A program made the position numbers and the translations under genes. The notes under the pieces were generated by a model. That model searched no databases and was not told the origin of the DNA. It saw nothing but the letters and a program-made list of their open reading frames with translations. A DNA stretch of 64,000 nt, from NCBI GenBank assembly GCA_964650645.1, contig CAZYUH010000001.1:79373-143372 (forward strand), given 5' to 3'. The stretch is from an uncultured Candidatus Saccharibacteria bacterium (GTDB lineage: Bacteria; Patescibacteriota; Minisyncoccia; Phycocordibacterales; SBAW01). Positions within the stretch are counted from its first letter, which is position 1, and every line of letters starts with the position of its first letter. Shown piece after piece: positions 28,487-38,527 of the stretch.

Positions 28487-30013
28487 CTACTTGAGAATGC
28501 TCCACATGGCCGGGTCCTGCGCCCCGCCGAGCGAGAATACCGCCACGCCGCGCAGGCCATAGTGGCGCGCCTGGTCTATCTTCTCCTTTATCGCGATAGC
28601 GTCGCTCCAGGTTACGTAGTTGAAGGGCTGGTTTCCGGAGAGCTGGCTGCCGAGATTCTGCGTCGTGCCCGATTCGGGCTTCTGCTGGGTCACGGTCGTC
28701 TCGTCGCCGGTCGGCGCCTCGAGCCTGGACGGGTCGTACGTGAAGCCCATCTCGTTGGCGCTCGTGCGATGCGGCGTAATCCCGAGCTTCTGCGCTATAT
28801 CGGTCGCGTAATTGGGGTTGAACGCCCACAGCATCTGGTAGTCGAAGCCGCCGCCGCCCTTGGGAGTCACCTTGTACTCGTAGCCGTAGGTGGCGACGCC
28901 GAGCACCAGCTTCTTCTTGTCTATCGACTGGGCGGCGAGCTCGATCATGGCGCCGGTCCAGCCCGGGTCGGCCACCGGCGCGTAGGGCGCCGAGCGCGCG
29001 GAGTTGAGCAGGCGGTCGACGATGCCCTGGTCGTAGGCCATGATCTCGACGCGGTCGCAGTACTTGTTCATCTCCGAATAGTCGTTGGCGTAGTCGAGCG
29101 AGTCGGGCGGGATAGTGTCGCCCGGCAGGTAGCGGTGGCTGAGCGGCGAGCGCGACTCGATGGTGCAGTACACCCATTTTTTGCCCATGGCGGCATACAG
29201 CTCCTTGAGGAATGTCGAGAAGTAGTCGCGAGTGCGCGCCTGCTTTGCCTCGAAGTCGATGTCTATGCCGTCGAAGCCGTTCGCGTTGACGATGCTTACC
29301 AGCTCCGTGACCAACGCTTTGCGCTTTGCCGTATTGGAGAGCACCTCGTGGTTCGTCGGGCCGTCGCCGATCACCACCGAGGGCACGACGCGCACGCCCT
29401 TTGCCTTTGCGTCGGCGATGAACGTCTTCCACGGCTCGATGGTCGGGATGAAATCGCCCACCACCTGGCCCGCGAAATTGACCTTGTAGCCGAACGGCAT
29501 CACGGACGTGAGCTGGTCGAGGTGCGGCGTTACGTCCGCAACGCCCTGCTCTGCGCGCCAATCGGGCACCCAGCCGGAGAATTCAAGCGGGCCGGTCCAT
29601 TTGGGGCCTATAGACTTGCCGGTGAGCACGCCCTGCTGGCTGGGGTCGGAGCCCGGTATGACGCCGGGCGGCGCCTTGGCGGTCGAGGGACCGACCGAAG
29701 GATCGCTTGTCGCGGCGCCCGCGCCCGAGAGCGCGGCCTGGGTCTTGGGACCGGCTATGCCGTACGAAGAGCCGGAGCACACGATGCCCTGCGCGCACTG
29801 GAATTTCTTTACTGCCGCGAGAGTCGCGGGACCGAAGTGCCCGTTGGGCGTCGCTGAAAGGTAGCCCTTGGCGCTCAATTGGGTCTGGAGCGCCTTTACG
29901 TCGGCGCCCGACATGCCCGAGGTCATGGTGCGCGCGGACGCGCTTGCGGGAAGCGCGGCTGCTATGAGGATAAAAGCGGCGGCATACGCGCCGAGATATT
30001 TTGAACTATGCAT
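28487..30013 (-). CDS. secreted GH18 family hydrolase with N-terminal peptidoglycan-binding (PG_binding_1) domain
   Basis: Signal peptide; ADVKALQTQLSAKGY PGB motif; GH18 catalytic DGIDIDFE. Confidence 0.8.
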   Translation of the reverse strand: MHSSKYLGAYAAAFILIAAALPASASARTMTSGMSGADVKALQTQLSAKGYLSATPNGHFGPATLAAVKKFQCAQGIVCSGSSYGIAGPKTQAALSGAGAATSDPSVGPSTAKAPPGVIPGSDPSQQGVLTGKSIGPKWTGPLEFSGWVPDWRAEQGVADVTPHLDQLTSVMPFGYKVNFAGQVVGDFIPTIEPWKTFIADAKAKGVRVVPSVVIGDGPTNHEVLSNTAKRKALVTELVSIVNANGFDGIDIDFEAKQARTRDYFSTFLKELYAAMGKKWVYCTIESRSPLSHRYLPGDTIPPDSLDYANDYSEMNKYCDRVEIMAYDQGIVDRLLNSARSAPYAPVADPGWTGAMIELAAQSIDKKKLVLGVATYGYEYKVTPKGGGGFDYQMLWAFNPNYATDIAQKLGITPHRTSANEMGFTYDPSRLEAPTGDETTVTQQKPESGTTQNLGSQLSGNQPFNYVTWSDAIAIKEKIDQARHYGLRGVAVFSLGGAQDPAMWSILK

Positions 30014-30054
30014 ATGTACAGTATAGACGAAGCGGAACGATTTGCATTACGCCG

Positions 30055-30321
30055 CTATTCGTCGCCGTATGCGCCCGCCTCCCGGCGCGGCACGAACTCG
30101 TACACGGAGCTGTCGTCCTCCTCTATGTGCGCGAACGCGAGCCCCTGTTCCTCGAAGATATCGAAGAACTCGCTCCAGCTCAGGCGCACCATATCGGCAT
30201 CACCCTCGCCCCAATCGAAGCGCAGGCCCGATTCTGTGCCCTCGAGGATGGCCGGCATCCCGCCGCGCCCCGCCGCCCAGGCGCGTATCTCCTCATGATC
30301 GATGGTGAATGTCTGCTGCAT
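30055..30321 (-). CDS. hypothetical acidic small protein
   Basis: 88 aa ORF. Confidence 0.4.
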   Translation of the reverse strand: MQQTFTIDHEEIRAWAAGRGGMPAILEGTESGLRFDWGEGDADMVRLSWSEFFDIFEEQGLAFAHIEEDDSSVYEFVPRREAGAYGDE

Positions 30322-30391
30322 TCCCCGTTTGTACCCCGCGGCGGGTGTTGCGGGGATGAATTCCTTCCAATCGCGTGAGGTTCCGGTTAAG

Positions 30392-30946
30392 CTACCACCC
30401 GAGCCCTCGCGCGGCGAGGCCTACCAACAGGATGCCGAGGAAGTTCATGGAGTAGGAAATGGCGAAGAAGTAGCGGCGGTCTATGCGCGCGAACCCCAGG
30501 AGCGCGAGCCCCAGCTCGTCGGGCAGGGGCGACGCGATGATGAACGCGCCGATAAAGGGCAGCACCCGGCGGAAGTGCGGGCGCTTGAATACGAGGAACA
30601 TGCGGCGGAAGCGCGGCCCGCGCAGGAGGTACGCGGCGTCCCGCGACACGCGGTCGCGCACGAAGGCGAAGATGAGATAGTCCCCGAGCACGGCGCCCAG
30701 CGCTCCCACCAGCGCCACGACGAACAGGTTGCCGGTGAGCGACAGCTCTCCGAGGACCGCCATCGCGGGCGCCGCAGTGACGAGCGAGGTGAAGAAAACG
30801 CCCGCGACCAGGCTCACCCACACGACGCCGTCGCCCGCCTGCGCGAGCACGTACTGCACCAGGTTGAAATGCACGATTATCCACGCCGCCCACACGCTGG
30901 CGACGATGGCGAATATGTCCTGCAAGATATGCGCGCGACGCATCAC
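30392..30946 (-). CDS. integral membrane protein, unknown function
   Basis: 184 aa, ~5 TM. Confidence 0.5.
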   Translation of the reverse strand: MMRRAHILQDIFAIVASVWAAWIIVHFNLVQYVLAQAGDGVVWVSLVAGVFFTSLVTAAPAMAVLGELSLTGNLFVVALVGALGAVLGDYLIFAFVRDRVSRDAAYLLRGPRFRRMFLVFKRPHFRRVLPFIGAFIIASPLPDELGLALLGFARIDRRYFFAISYSMNFLGILLVGLAARGLGW

Positions 30947-30967
30947 CCCAGTATGGCACGTTCCGCG

Positions 30968-31372
30968 CTACTCCGTCGTCGAGCCGTCCCAGTGGTCATT
31001 CGGCTCGTCGGCCTCCGCATCGGCTTTCGTCTTGTGCACGCATCCGTCCTTGTGGTTAGGCGGCGAGTACACGGTGTAGAGCTTGAGCGGCATCTCGGGC
31101 GACGTATTTATGACATTGTGCCTGGCGCCCGCCGGCACGGTAATAGAGAACCCGTCGGAGAGCGTGTGCTCGATACCGTCCAGGACCGCCGTGCCCGTAC
31201 CCATCTCGACGCGCAGGAACTGGTCCACGTCGTGCACCTCCTCGCCGATTTCCTGCCCCGGCTCTATGTGCATGACGACGAGCTGGCTCTGCTTCGTGGT
31301 GTACAAGACCCTCCTGAAATCCTCGTTGGCGAACGTGTCTTTCTCTATGTCGGTTACGTATCCTTTTTGCAT
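30968..31372 (-). CDS. cupin domain protein
   Basis: VMHIEPGQEIGEEVH...GARHNVINT cupin motifs; start at internal MQKGY. Confidence 0.6.
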   Translation of the reverse strand: MQKGYVTDIEKDTFANEDFRRVLYTTKQSQLVVMHIEPGQEIGEEVHDVDQFLRVEMGTGTAVLDGIEHTLSDGFSITVPAGARHNVINTSPEMPLKLYTVYSPPNHKDGCVHKTKADAEADEPNDHWDGSTTE

Positions 31373-31446
31373 GCATAAAGTATAGCAAAACCGTTTTTTA
31401 AGAGAAAAAAATCCCGCCAAGAGGGCGGGATTCCTTCATGCAAAAT

Positions 31447-33210
31447 TTAGCGGGTGCGGCCGCCGGGCTGCTTGCGCAGGCGCACGCTCTTGGGCGTCAC
31501 CTCCAGGTACTCGTCGCCGCGCATGACCTCGAGCCCGCGCTCGATGGACAGCTCGTAGGGCGGGATGAGCTGGATGGCCTCGTCGGAGCCCGAGGCGCGC
31601 ATGTTGGTGAGCTGCTTGCCCTTGGTGGGGTTGGCGAACATCTCGTCGCCCTTGGCCGTATTGCCTATCACCATACCCTCGTACACCTCGGTGCCCGCAC
31701 CAATGTAGAGCATGCCGCGGTCCTGCAGGTTGTACAGCGAGAAGCCCAGCGCCTTGCCCGCGGCCATGGACACCATGGAGCCCACGGCGCGCTTCTCTAT
31801 TTCGCCGGCGTACGGGCGGAACTCGATGAAGCGCGACGAGAAGATGCCCTCGCCCTTGGTGTCGAGCACGAACTGCGAGCGGTAGCCCAGAAGGCCGCGC
31901 GTCGGGCCCTCGAACACCATGCGCACCACGCCGGAGCCCGGCTTCATGTCCTTGAGAATCGCCTTGCGCTTGCCGAGCTTCTCTATAATGGCGCCCTGGT
32001 ACTCCTCGGGCGTGTCGATGGTCACCTCCTCGAACGGCTCCTGCTTGACGCCGTTCTCCTCATGGAAGATTACCTGCGGCTCGGATACCTGGAGCTCGTA
32101 GCCCTCGCGGCGCATATTTTCCAAAAGGATGGCGATGTGGAGCTCGCCGCGGCCGTACACGCGGAACGCGTCCGACTGGCTGAAATCTATCTTGAGGCCG
32201 ACGTTTATCTCGAGCTCCTTCTCGAGCCTGTCGCGGATCTGGCGGGTCGTCACGAACTTGCCCTCGCGGCCCGCGAACGGCGAGTTGTTGACGAGGAAGT
32301 TGAGGCCGATGGTCGGCTCGTCCACCGCGATGGTCGGCAGGAGCTCGGCGTCGGCCGACTCGCCCACCGTGTCGCCGATGTAGACGTCGCCCAAGCCCGC
32401 GACGAGCACGATGTCGCCGGCCTGCGCCTCGGGAATCTCGATGCGCTCGAGGCCCTTGAACGAGAAAATCTTGATGACCTTCGCGGCGTGCGACGCTCCG
32501 TCGGGCTTCTTCACGAAGACGTTCTGGCCGGACTTGAGCACGCCCTCGTAGACGCGCGCCACCGCCAGGCGGCCGAGGAAGTTGTCGTAGCCGAGATTGA
32601 ACGGCTGCATGCGAAGCGGCTTTGCGGCGAGCGACTGGTCTACCGAAGGCACATGCTCGAGTATCGCATCCAGAAGCGGCGTGAGGTCCTTCGAGTCGTC
32701 ATCGAGCTTCTTCTTGGCTAGCCCCGCGCGGCCTATCGCGTAGATGACCGGGAAGTTCGACTGCTCGTCGTTTGCGCCGAGTTCCAGGAAGAGCTCCAGT
32801 ACCTGCTCCTCGGCCTGGGCCGGGTTCGCGGCGGGCTTGTCTATCTTGTTGATGATGACCATGGGGCGCAGGCCCAGCTCCAGCGACTTCTTGAGCACGA
32901 AGCGCGTCTGGGGCATCGGGCCTTCCTGCGCGTCCACCACGAGCAAGACCGAGTCGATGGAGCGCAATACGCGCTCGACCTCGGAGCCGAAGTCGGCGTG
33001 GCCCGGCGTGTCGACGATGTTTATCTTGGTGCCCTTGTACTCGACGGCGGCGTTCTTGGCGTAAATGGTGATGCCGCGCTCGCGCTCGAGGTCGTTGGAG
33101 TCCATGGACGTGCCCTCGGGCGAGGAGTTAGTCTGGCGCAGGATGGCGTCAGTGAGCGTGGTCTTGCCGTGGTCCACGTGGGCGATGATGGCAATGTTGC
33201 GTATCTCCAT
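31447..33210 (-). CDS. typA: translational GTPase TypA/BipA
   Basis: 587 aa; [24 protein letters not shown]-like domains. Confidence 0.9.
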   Translation of the reverse strand: MEIRNIAIIAHVDHGKTTLTDAILRQTNSSPEGTSMDSNDLERERGITIYAKNAAVEYKGTKINIVDTPGHADFGSEVERVLRSIDSVLLVVDAQEGPMPQTRFVLKKSLELGLRPMVIINKIDKPAANPAQAEEQVLELFLELGANDEQSNFPVIYAIGRAGLAKKKLDDDSKDLTPLLDAILEHVPSVDQSLAAKPLRMQPFNLGYDNFLGRLAVARVYEGVLKSGQNVFVKKPDGASHAAKVIKIFSFKGLERIEIPEAQAGDIVLVAGLGDVYIGDTVGESADAELLPTIAVDEPTIGLNFLVNNSPFAGREGKFVTTRQIRDRLEKELEINVGLKIDFSQSDAFRVYGRGELHIAILLENMRREGYELQVSEPQVIFHEENGVKQEPFEEVTIDTPEEYQGAIIEKLGKRKAILKDMKPGSGVVRMVFEGPTRGLLGYRSQFVLDTKGEGIFSSRFIEFRPYAGEIEKRAVGSMVSMAAGKALGFSLYNLQDRGMLYIGAGTEVYEGMVIGNTAKGDEMFANPTKGKQLTNMRASGSDEAIQLIPPYELSIERGLEVMRGDEYLEVTPKSVRLRKQPGGRTR

Positions 33211-33321
33211 ATGATCAAATTCTTTCTTATAGTCTCCCCTGGGCCCTGGCGCCTCCCAAATGAAAAGGCGGGCCGGTCCCGCTTTTCATAAGAATACCGC
33301 ACATTTTTGCGTGCCGCAAGG

Positions 33322-34032
33322 CTAGTAGCCCGTAAATTCCTCGGTGCGGATGTCGTCATTCGAGACGCCGATGCCATTGAGGAGCTCCCGCATGGCTTTG
33401 ACCATTCCCGCCGGGCCGGCGAGGTAATAGACCGGTTGCGTTCCCTCCTCTATATACTGCTTCACGAGCTCGGCATTGATGAGTCCGCGGGCACCCTTCC
33501 ATTCGGCCGATGCCTCCGGATCGGTCATGGTCGGCACGAAGGTGAGGTTCGGGTTCTCTTGCGCGAGCGCCGAAAGCTCCTCCAGGAACGGGGCGTCTTT
33601 CGGGGCGCGGTTCGAGTAGATGAGCGTGATGCGGTGCGGGAGCTTGCGGTGCGCCGCGTCGGCGATCATCGAGCGGAACGGCGTTATCCCGATGCCGCCC
33701 GCGAGTATGACCGCCGGGCGCGCGGCATTCTCGTGCAGGACGAGGTCGCCGAACGGGCCCTCGAGCGTGAGCGGCGCCCCTGCGGGCAGGGACTTCAGCA
33801 CGCGCTTGAAGGCCGTGTCGCGCATGCGCGTCGCAATCGCCAGATGCTCCTCGTGCGGCGCCGCGACTATCGAGAACGCGCGCTTGTTGCCCTCCGCGTC
33901 GGTTTCGGGCGGATTCACGAGGAACAGGTCTATGCTCTGCCCCGCCCTGAATTCGAATCCCGAAGGCTTCTCGAACAGGAACATCTCGGTTCCTTCGGCC
34001 ACCGTCTTCGCGCCAATCAGTTTAGTATCCAT
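33322..34032 (-). CDS. ferredoxin-NADP reductase-like FAD/NAD(P)-binding oxidoreductase
   Basis: RAFSIV FAD motif, LAGGIGITPF NAD(P) motif. Confidence 0.8.
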   Translation of the reverse strand: MDTKLIGAKTVAEGTEMFLFEKPSGFEFRAGQSIDLFLVNPPETDAEGNKRAFSIVAAPHEEHLAIATRMRDTAFKRVLKSLPAGAPLTLEGPFGDLVLHENAARPAVILAGGIGITPFRSMIADAAHRKLPHRITLIYSNRAPKDAPFLEELSALAQENPNLTFVPTMTDPEASAEWKGARGLINAELVKQYIEEGTQPVYYLAGPAGMVKAMRELLNGIGVSNDDIRTEEFTGY

Positions 34033-34036
34033 GCGT

Positions 34037-34348
34037 TTATTGGACTGCCTTGATAATAGTGCGCACCAGCTCGTCGTCGAGCCTCGGGCGGTAGTAGACC
34101 ACGCGCCCCTCCTTCTCGCGCGACAGGAGCCCCGTTATCTCGAGGATCTTCAAGTGCTGCGACGCCAGGGACATCGATATGCGCAGCGCATGCGCGATGT
34201 CCGAGACGCACAGCCGCTCGCGTTCGAGGAAGCTGCGGAATATCCTGCACCGGGTCGGATCGCTGAGCGCGCTGAAGACGATAGGCAGGCGGTCGTCCTC
34301 GCGCGTAAGCAACGAGCGGAGCTTCCCTATTTCGCGCGCGTTGAGCAT
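34037..34348 (-). CDS. ArsR/SmtB family transcriptional regulator
   Basis: DPTRCRIFRSFLERERLCVSDIAHALRISMSLASQHLKILEITGLL. Confidence 0.8.
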   Translation of the reverse strand: MLNAREIGKLRSLLTREDDRLPIVFSALSDPTRCRIFRSFLERERLCVSDIAHALRISMSLASQHLKILEITGLLSREKEGRVVYYRPRLDDELVRTIIKAVQ

Positions 34349-34364
34349 ACGGACAGTATACGGC

Positions 34365-34805
34365 TTAGGACGCCTGCTTCACCAGCTCCATCTCCTCGAC
34401 CGCGACGGTGAGCTCCGTAATGGCGACCGTAAGCTCCGCGAGCGCGAGCGCGCCGAGCGCCAGGAGCACGTCGCGCACGGCGATATCGACGTATCCGAGC
34501 ATGAGCAGGTTGACGGAGATGAGCGCGAGCCACGCGACCGAGAGGTAGCCGCCCAGGCGCGGCCAGCGGGTCATGAGCATGATCGCCACCGCTATCTCGA
34601 TAACGCCCACGGCGCCGAGGAATACCCCCTGCGGCACCGGCAGGAGCCCTGCAACGAACGGGCTTATGTACTTGGGCCAATACACTATCAGGTTGGTGCC
34701 GATGAGCTTGTCGAGGCCGGCCAGGAGCACCACTGTCCCGTAGCCGAACCTGAGCAGGTTCCATGAAAACACCACCCTCTTGCTTCCTTTCATACAATTA
34801 AACAA
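34365..34805 (-). CDS. DoxX family membrane protein
   Basis: 146 aa, 4 TM; operonic with ArsR and FNR-like genes. Confidence 0.55.
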   Translation of the reverse strand: MFNCMKGSKRVVFSWNLLRFGYGTVVLLAGLDKLIGTNLIVYWPKYISPFVAGLLPVPQGVFLGAVGVIEIAVAIMLMTRWPRLGGYLSVAWLALISVNLLMLGYVDIAVRDVLLALGALALAELTVAITELTVAVEEMELVKQAS

Positions 34806-34892
34806 TTAATTAATTTAATAACTATTAAACTATACAGGGAAAGGGCATTTTCCGTCAAGCGGCAAGGGAGCGGGGTTGCCGGCCCCGAGCGG

Positions 34893-36344
34893 CTATTTGG
34901 ACAAATCGAGCACCTCGTCTATGCGGACCTTCTCCACGAAGTCGGGCACGTGGGAGACCAGGATCATGGGGCCCTCGAACTGCGAGAGCGCCTCGGCAAT
35001 AACCGGCAGGTGGCGGAAGTTGATGTGGTTGGTGGGCTCGTCGAGTATCAGGAGGCCGGGCTTCAAAAGCACCAGGCGCGCAAAGGCGACGAGGCCCTTC
35101 TGTCCCTCGCTGAGCGTGCCGATTTTCGAGTGGAACAGCTCGCCGGAGATGAGGAACCCGGAAGCGACGCGGCGCACCTCCTCTTCCACGGGGCGGCTGA
35201 GCACGGCCGAGAGCTCCTGGTAGACGGTCTTTTCAAAGTCGAGGTTGGAGAAATCCTGGCGGTAGTAGCCGATGCGCGTCCCCTTCTGCAATACGGCGCC
35301 CTTCGCCGTGCCGTCGGCCAGGGACTGGAGGAGCGTGGACTTCCCTATGCCGTTGGGGCCGGCGAGCAGGAGGTGGAAGTTCTTGCGCAATGACGCCTTC
35401 TTGGTGCGCTCGACCGGCTTGTGCTTCTGTATCACGGTCATGGACGATATGGCGAGTATCTCCCCTATCAGGCCCTCCTGGAACGGGATGCGGAAGGGGC
35501 GTATCGCCTTGTCCTCGCGGCGGACGTCCACCTTCTCTTCCTCGAGCTCCTCAGCCTTCTCGCGCATGCGCTTGGCGACCATGCGCATCTGGCCGCCCTT
35601 GTTGGCGAAGAAGTTCGCCTTGTCCTTGTTGGCCTGTATCTCTTTCGCCAACAGCGCGTTCGCGCGGTTCTCTTTTTCGATGCGAGCGGCGATATCCTTT
35701 AACACGTCGTCGTAGGTGCCCACGTACTGCTCCACCTTGCGCGTGCGGGCGTCGAGGTAGAGCACGCCCTGCGTGAACGCGTTGAGGAACTCCGCGTCGT
35801 GGGAGATGACGACCACGGTCTTCTTGTAGTCCTGGAGGAACTTGGTCAGGTGCGCGATGCCCTCATGGTCGAGGTTGTTGGTCGGCTCGTCGAGCAGGAG
35901 GAGGTCCGGGTCCTGGATGAGCGCCGACGCCAGGAGGAGGCGCGCCTGCTGGCCGCCCGAGAACGCGCGCACGACCTTGTCGTGCGGGGCGTGCAGGTTG
36001 ACCACCTCGAGAATCTTGTCGATGCGCGGGTCTATGTCGTAGACCTTCTTAGGGAATACGCTCTGGAAGAATTCGCGCACAGTGAGGTCGAGCTGGTCGC
36101 GCGGGATGACCTGGCGGCCGAGCGCTATGGTAAGCCCGTGCTGTATCTCTATCTTCCCGTCGACCGGCTCCGAGGCGCCGGTAATGAGGCTGAATATGGT
36201 ACTCTTGCCCGCGCCGTTCTGGCCCATGAGCGTTATCTTTGAGCCGCGGCGTATTAAAAAATCGACCCCATCGAGGATGGGTTTCTTGATTCCGAAGTCG
36301 TAATGCACTCCCTCGAACCGGACAATGACCTCGCCCTTCGCCAT
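34893..36344 (-). CDS. ABC-F family ATPase (tandem ABC cassettes, no TMD)
   Basis: Two Walker A (GQNGAGKST, GPNGIGKST), two LSGGQ signatures, charged linker. Confidence 0.9.
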   Translation of the reverse strand: MAKGEVIVRFEGVHYDFGIKKPILDGVDFLIRRGSKITLMGQNGAGKSTIFSLITGASEPVDGKIEIQHGLTIALGRQVIPRDQLDLTVREFFQSVFPKKVYDIDPRIDKILEVVNLHAPHDKVVRAFSGGQQARLLLASALIQDPDLLLLDEPTNNLDHEGIAHLTKFLQDYKKTVVVISHDAEFLNAFTQGVLYLDARTRKVEQYVGTYDDVLKDIAARIEKENRANALLAKEIQANKDKANFFANKGGQMRMVAKRMREKAEELEEEKVDVRREDKAIRPFRIPFQEGLIGEILAISSMTVIQKHKPVERTKKASLRKNFHLLLAGPNGIGKSTLLQSLADGTAKGAVLQKGTRIGYYRQDFSNLDFEKTVYQELSAVLSRPVEEEVRRVASGFLISGELFHSKIGTLSEGQKGLVAFARLVLLKPGLLILDEPTNHINFRHLPVIAEALSQFEGPMILVSHVPDFVEKVRIDEVLDLSK

Positions 36345-36432
36345 GCGCTATAAAATAACATTTTTTAGCGAAAAATCAATGCGCCGCATTCGCGGCGCAT
36401 TGATTCCTTTCGCTCTTGTTCCTTTTTAGCCT

Positions 36433-37659
36433 TTAGAGCTCGTCTTCCGCGTCCTGTGCGTAGCCTTCGGCGCGGCTGGCGAGCGATTTTGCATCGTCGT
36501 AATTCTCGTCGTCGTACTCGTCCTGCGCGTCATCGAGCGCGTTCTTGGCCTTTTTAAGCAGGTCTTCCGCGTCATCGACGTCGTCGCCGTTGTCGTCCGC
36601 CTCGTCTATCGCGTCCTGCGCGTCGTCTATGGCATCCTGCGCGTCGTCTATAGCGTCCTCGGCGCTCTTCTTGTCGCCGCCAATGGCGTCGAGCGCGTCG
36701 TCTATCTGGTCGTCGGCCTCCTTCGCGAGCTCCTCGGCCTCTTCGGGGTCGTTGTCGTCGAGCGCGTCATTCGCCTCGTCGAGGGTAGCCTCGGCCTTGT
36801 CGAGCAGCTTGACGGCGTCGCGCACGTCGTAGCCCTTGTCGTCGGCGCGCTCTATCTTGTCCTCGGCGGCATCCAGCCTGTCCTCCACTTCCCTGACGAA
36901 CGCCTCCGTCTTATCCTCCTCCGTCTCGCCGCCCGCCGCCTGGAACGCGTCCGTCGCGTTGTCGTAGGCGTCGTCGGCGGAGTCTATGGCGTCGTCGAAG
37001 TTGTTGCGGAAGTACGAGGACACCGCCTTGAAGAAATCGTCCTTGGCGTCCTCAAGGTCGCCCTTCGCCTTCGACAGATTGGCCTCGCCCTCGGGGTCGT
37101 CAATCTGCTCGCTCGCGTCGTCTATCATCTCGAGCGCGGAGCGTATCTGCTCGCCGGCCTCTTTCTGCTCGGCGGAACCGGCGGACGAGGACGATTTAAG
37201 CGCGTTGAGCTGGGAGGTGAGGGAGGACACCTGGGACGTGAGGGAAACGATAAGCGACGCGTCGCTCCCGGAGGAAGGCGCGGGAGGCGCCGGAACTTCC
37301 GCCGCATCGCCGGCGCCGCCCGCGAGCGCCGCGTACTTGGCGCGCGACTGCGGGCCGAAGTAGCCTATGGCCGGCGAGAGGCCGTTGTCCTTCTGCCACT
37401 TCGCCACCGCCTCCCGGGTAAGCGTCTTGAACTGCGTCGTCTCGCGGCCGGGCGATCCTGCGCCCGTGGCCGCTATGGCGTACCCCGTGCTATTGAGGAA
37501 CCTCTGCAGGCACTGCACGTCGGACCCCTCGTCATCGAGCTCGAGGTTGCGGGTAAAGTCGCATGTCGCGGCCGCCCGGGCGCCCAGCGGAACGGCGAAG
37601 ACGAGCGTGCACGCGAACGCGGCGGCTGGCAACAATAAGGCGTATTTCGTACTGGTCAT
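36433..37659 (-). CDS. secreted protein with PG_binding_1 domain and long Asp/Glu/Ala-rich coiled-coil repeat region
   Basis: Signal peptide MTSTKYALLLPAAAFA; CLQRFLNSTGY...AVAKWQKDNGLSP; repeats DDAQDAIDDAQDAIDEADD. Confidence 0.7.
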   Translation of the reverse strand: MTSTKYALLLPAAAFACTLVFAVPLGARAAATCDFTRNLELDDEGSDVQCLQRFLNSTGYAIAATGAGSPGRETTQFKTLTREAVAKWQKDNGLSPAIGYFGPQSRAKYAALAGGAGDAAEVPAPPAPSSGSDASLIVSLTSQVSSLTSQLNALKSSSSAGSAEQKEAGEQIRSALEMIDDASEQIDDPEGEANLSKAKGDLEDAKDDFFKAVSSYFRNNFDDAIDSADDAYDNATDAFQAAGGETEEDKTEAFVREVEDRLDAAEDKIERADDKGYDVRDAVKLLDKAEATLDEANDALDDNDPEEAEELAKEADDQIDDALDAIGGDKKSAEDAIDDAQDAIDDAQDAIDEADDNGDDVDDAEDLLKKAKNALDDAQDEYDDENYDDAKSLASRAEGYAQDAEDEL

Positions 37660-37765
37660 GCTTGTAAGTATACGGCAGCAGGGGGCGCGCAAGCGGCCTT
37701 GTCCACGCGGCAAAGCGCCGCCGTGCGCCCCGGAAAATGAAAAGGCCGCCCTCGCGGGCGGCCTG

Positions 37766-38302
37766 TCAGTAGGCGCGCGGGTACCGCGTTCTGAATACCC
37801 CGTCTTCTATCGCTTCGATGCGCGCATAGTACGCCCGCCTGGTCCTTGCCGGCTGGATACGCCACGGCAGGCCCTTGGACACGCGCAGCATGTTCCACAC
37901 CAGGCGCGCCGTGCGGCCGTTGCCGTCCACCCACGGATGGATGCACAGCAGCCAGTCGTGGAGAAAGAGCGCCGCTTCGGCGTGCCGGCCGTCCAAGAGC
38001 GCGTACTCGCCGGCAAGCTTCTCCCAATCCGACATGAGCGCGGGCACTTCCTGCCAGCGCGGCATGCGGCGCGAGCCGACGCGCATGCCGCAGGTCCGCA
38101 TCCGCCCGCCGAAAGCGCCCAGTCCGGGCACCCGCCGGGCAAGCACGGCGTGCAGGTGGTGCGGGCTCGCGACACCCGCGGCGGCCATGCGGGCCGCCGC
38201 GAGATGCCCGTCGTATTCCGCTTCGCCCGGCCGCGCGCGTATCCCTTCTATCAGGTTGCTCTCAATCACGTGCCTCCGCAAGAGGCCGTCATGCGTGCTC
38301 AT
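37766..38302 (-). CDS. Fic/Doc family protein
   Basis: Fic motif HPWVDGNGRTARL. Confidence 0.85.
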   Translation of the reverse strand: MSTHDGLLRRHVIESNLIEGIRARPGEAEYDGHLAAARMAAAGVASPHHLHAVLARRVPGLGAFGGRMRTCGMRVGSRRMPRWQEVPALMSDWEKLAGEYALLDGRHAEAALFLHDWLLCIHPWVDGNGRTARLVWNMLRVSKGLPWRIQPARTRRAYYARIEAIEDGVFRTRYPRAY

Positions 38303-38527
38303 GTACTCTCCCGTGCTTTTCTATAGGAAATGTAGTGCGCCGCGCGGAAAAAGTCGAGCCGACCGCCGGAGCCGCGCACCCGTCCCGCGTGTTCAAGCTG
38401 ATAATTTTTAGGGACTGATCATGCCACCATTCGAGCCTTGCAAGGCAAAAGCCCCGCACTGTTTCCAGCGCGGGGCCAAGGGACAAGGCTCCAAGAGATA
38501 AATTGGCCGGGATTCAAAGCACCAAGT

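Noticed and set aside
31438-32721. 427-aa plus-strand ORF antisense to typA
   Set aside because: typA is unambiguous; the antisense frame is a Leu/Ala/Arg-rich artefact.
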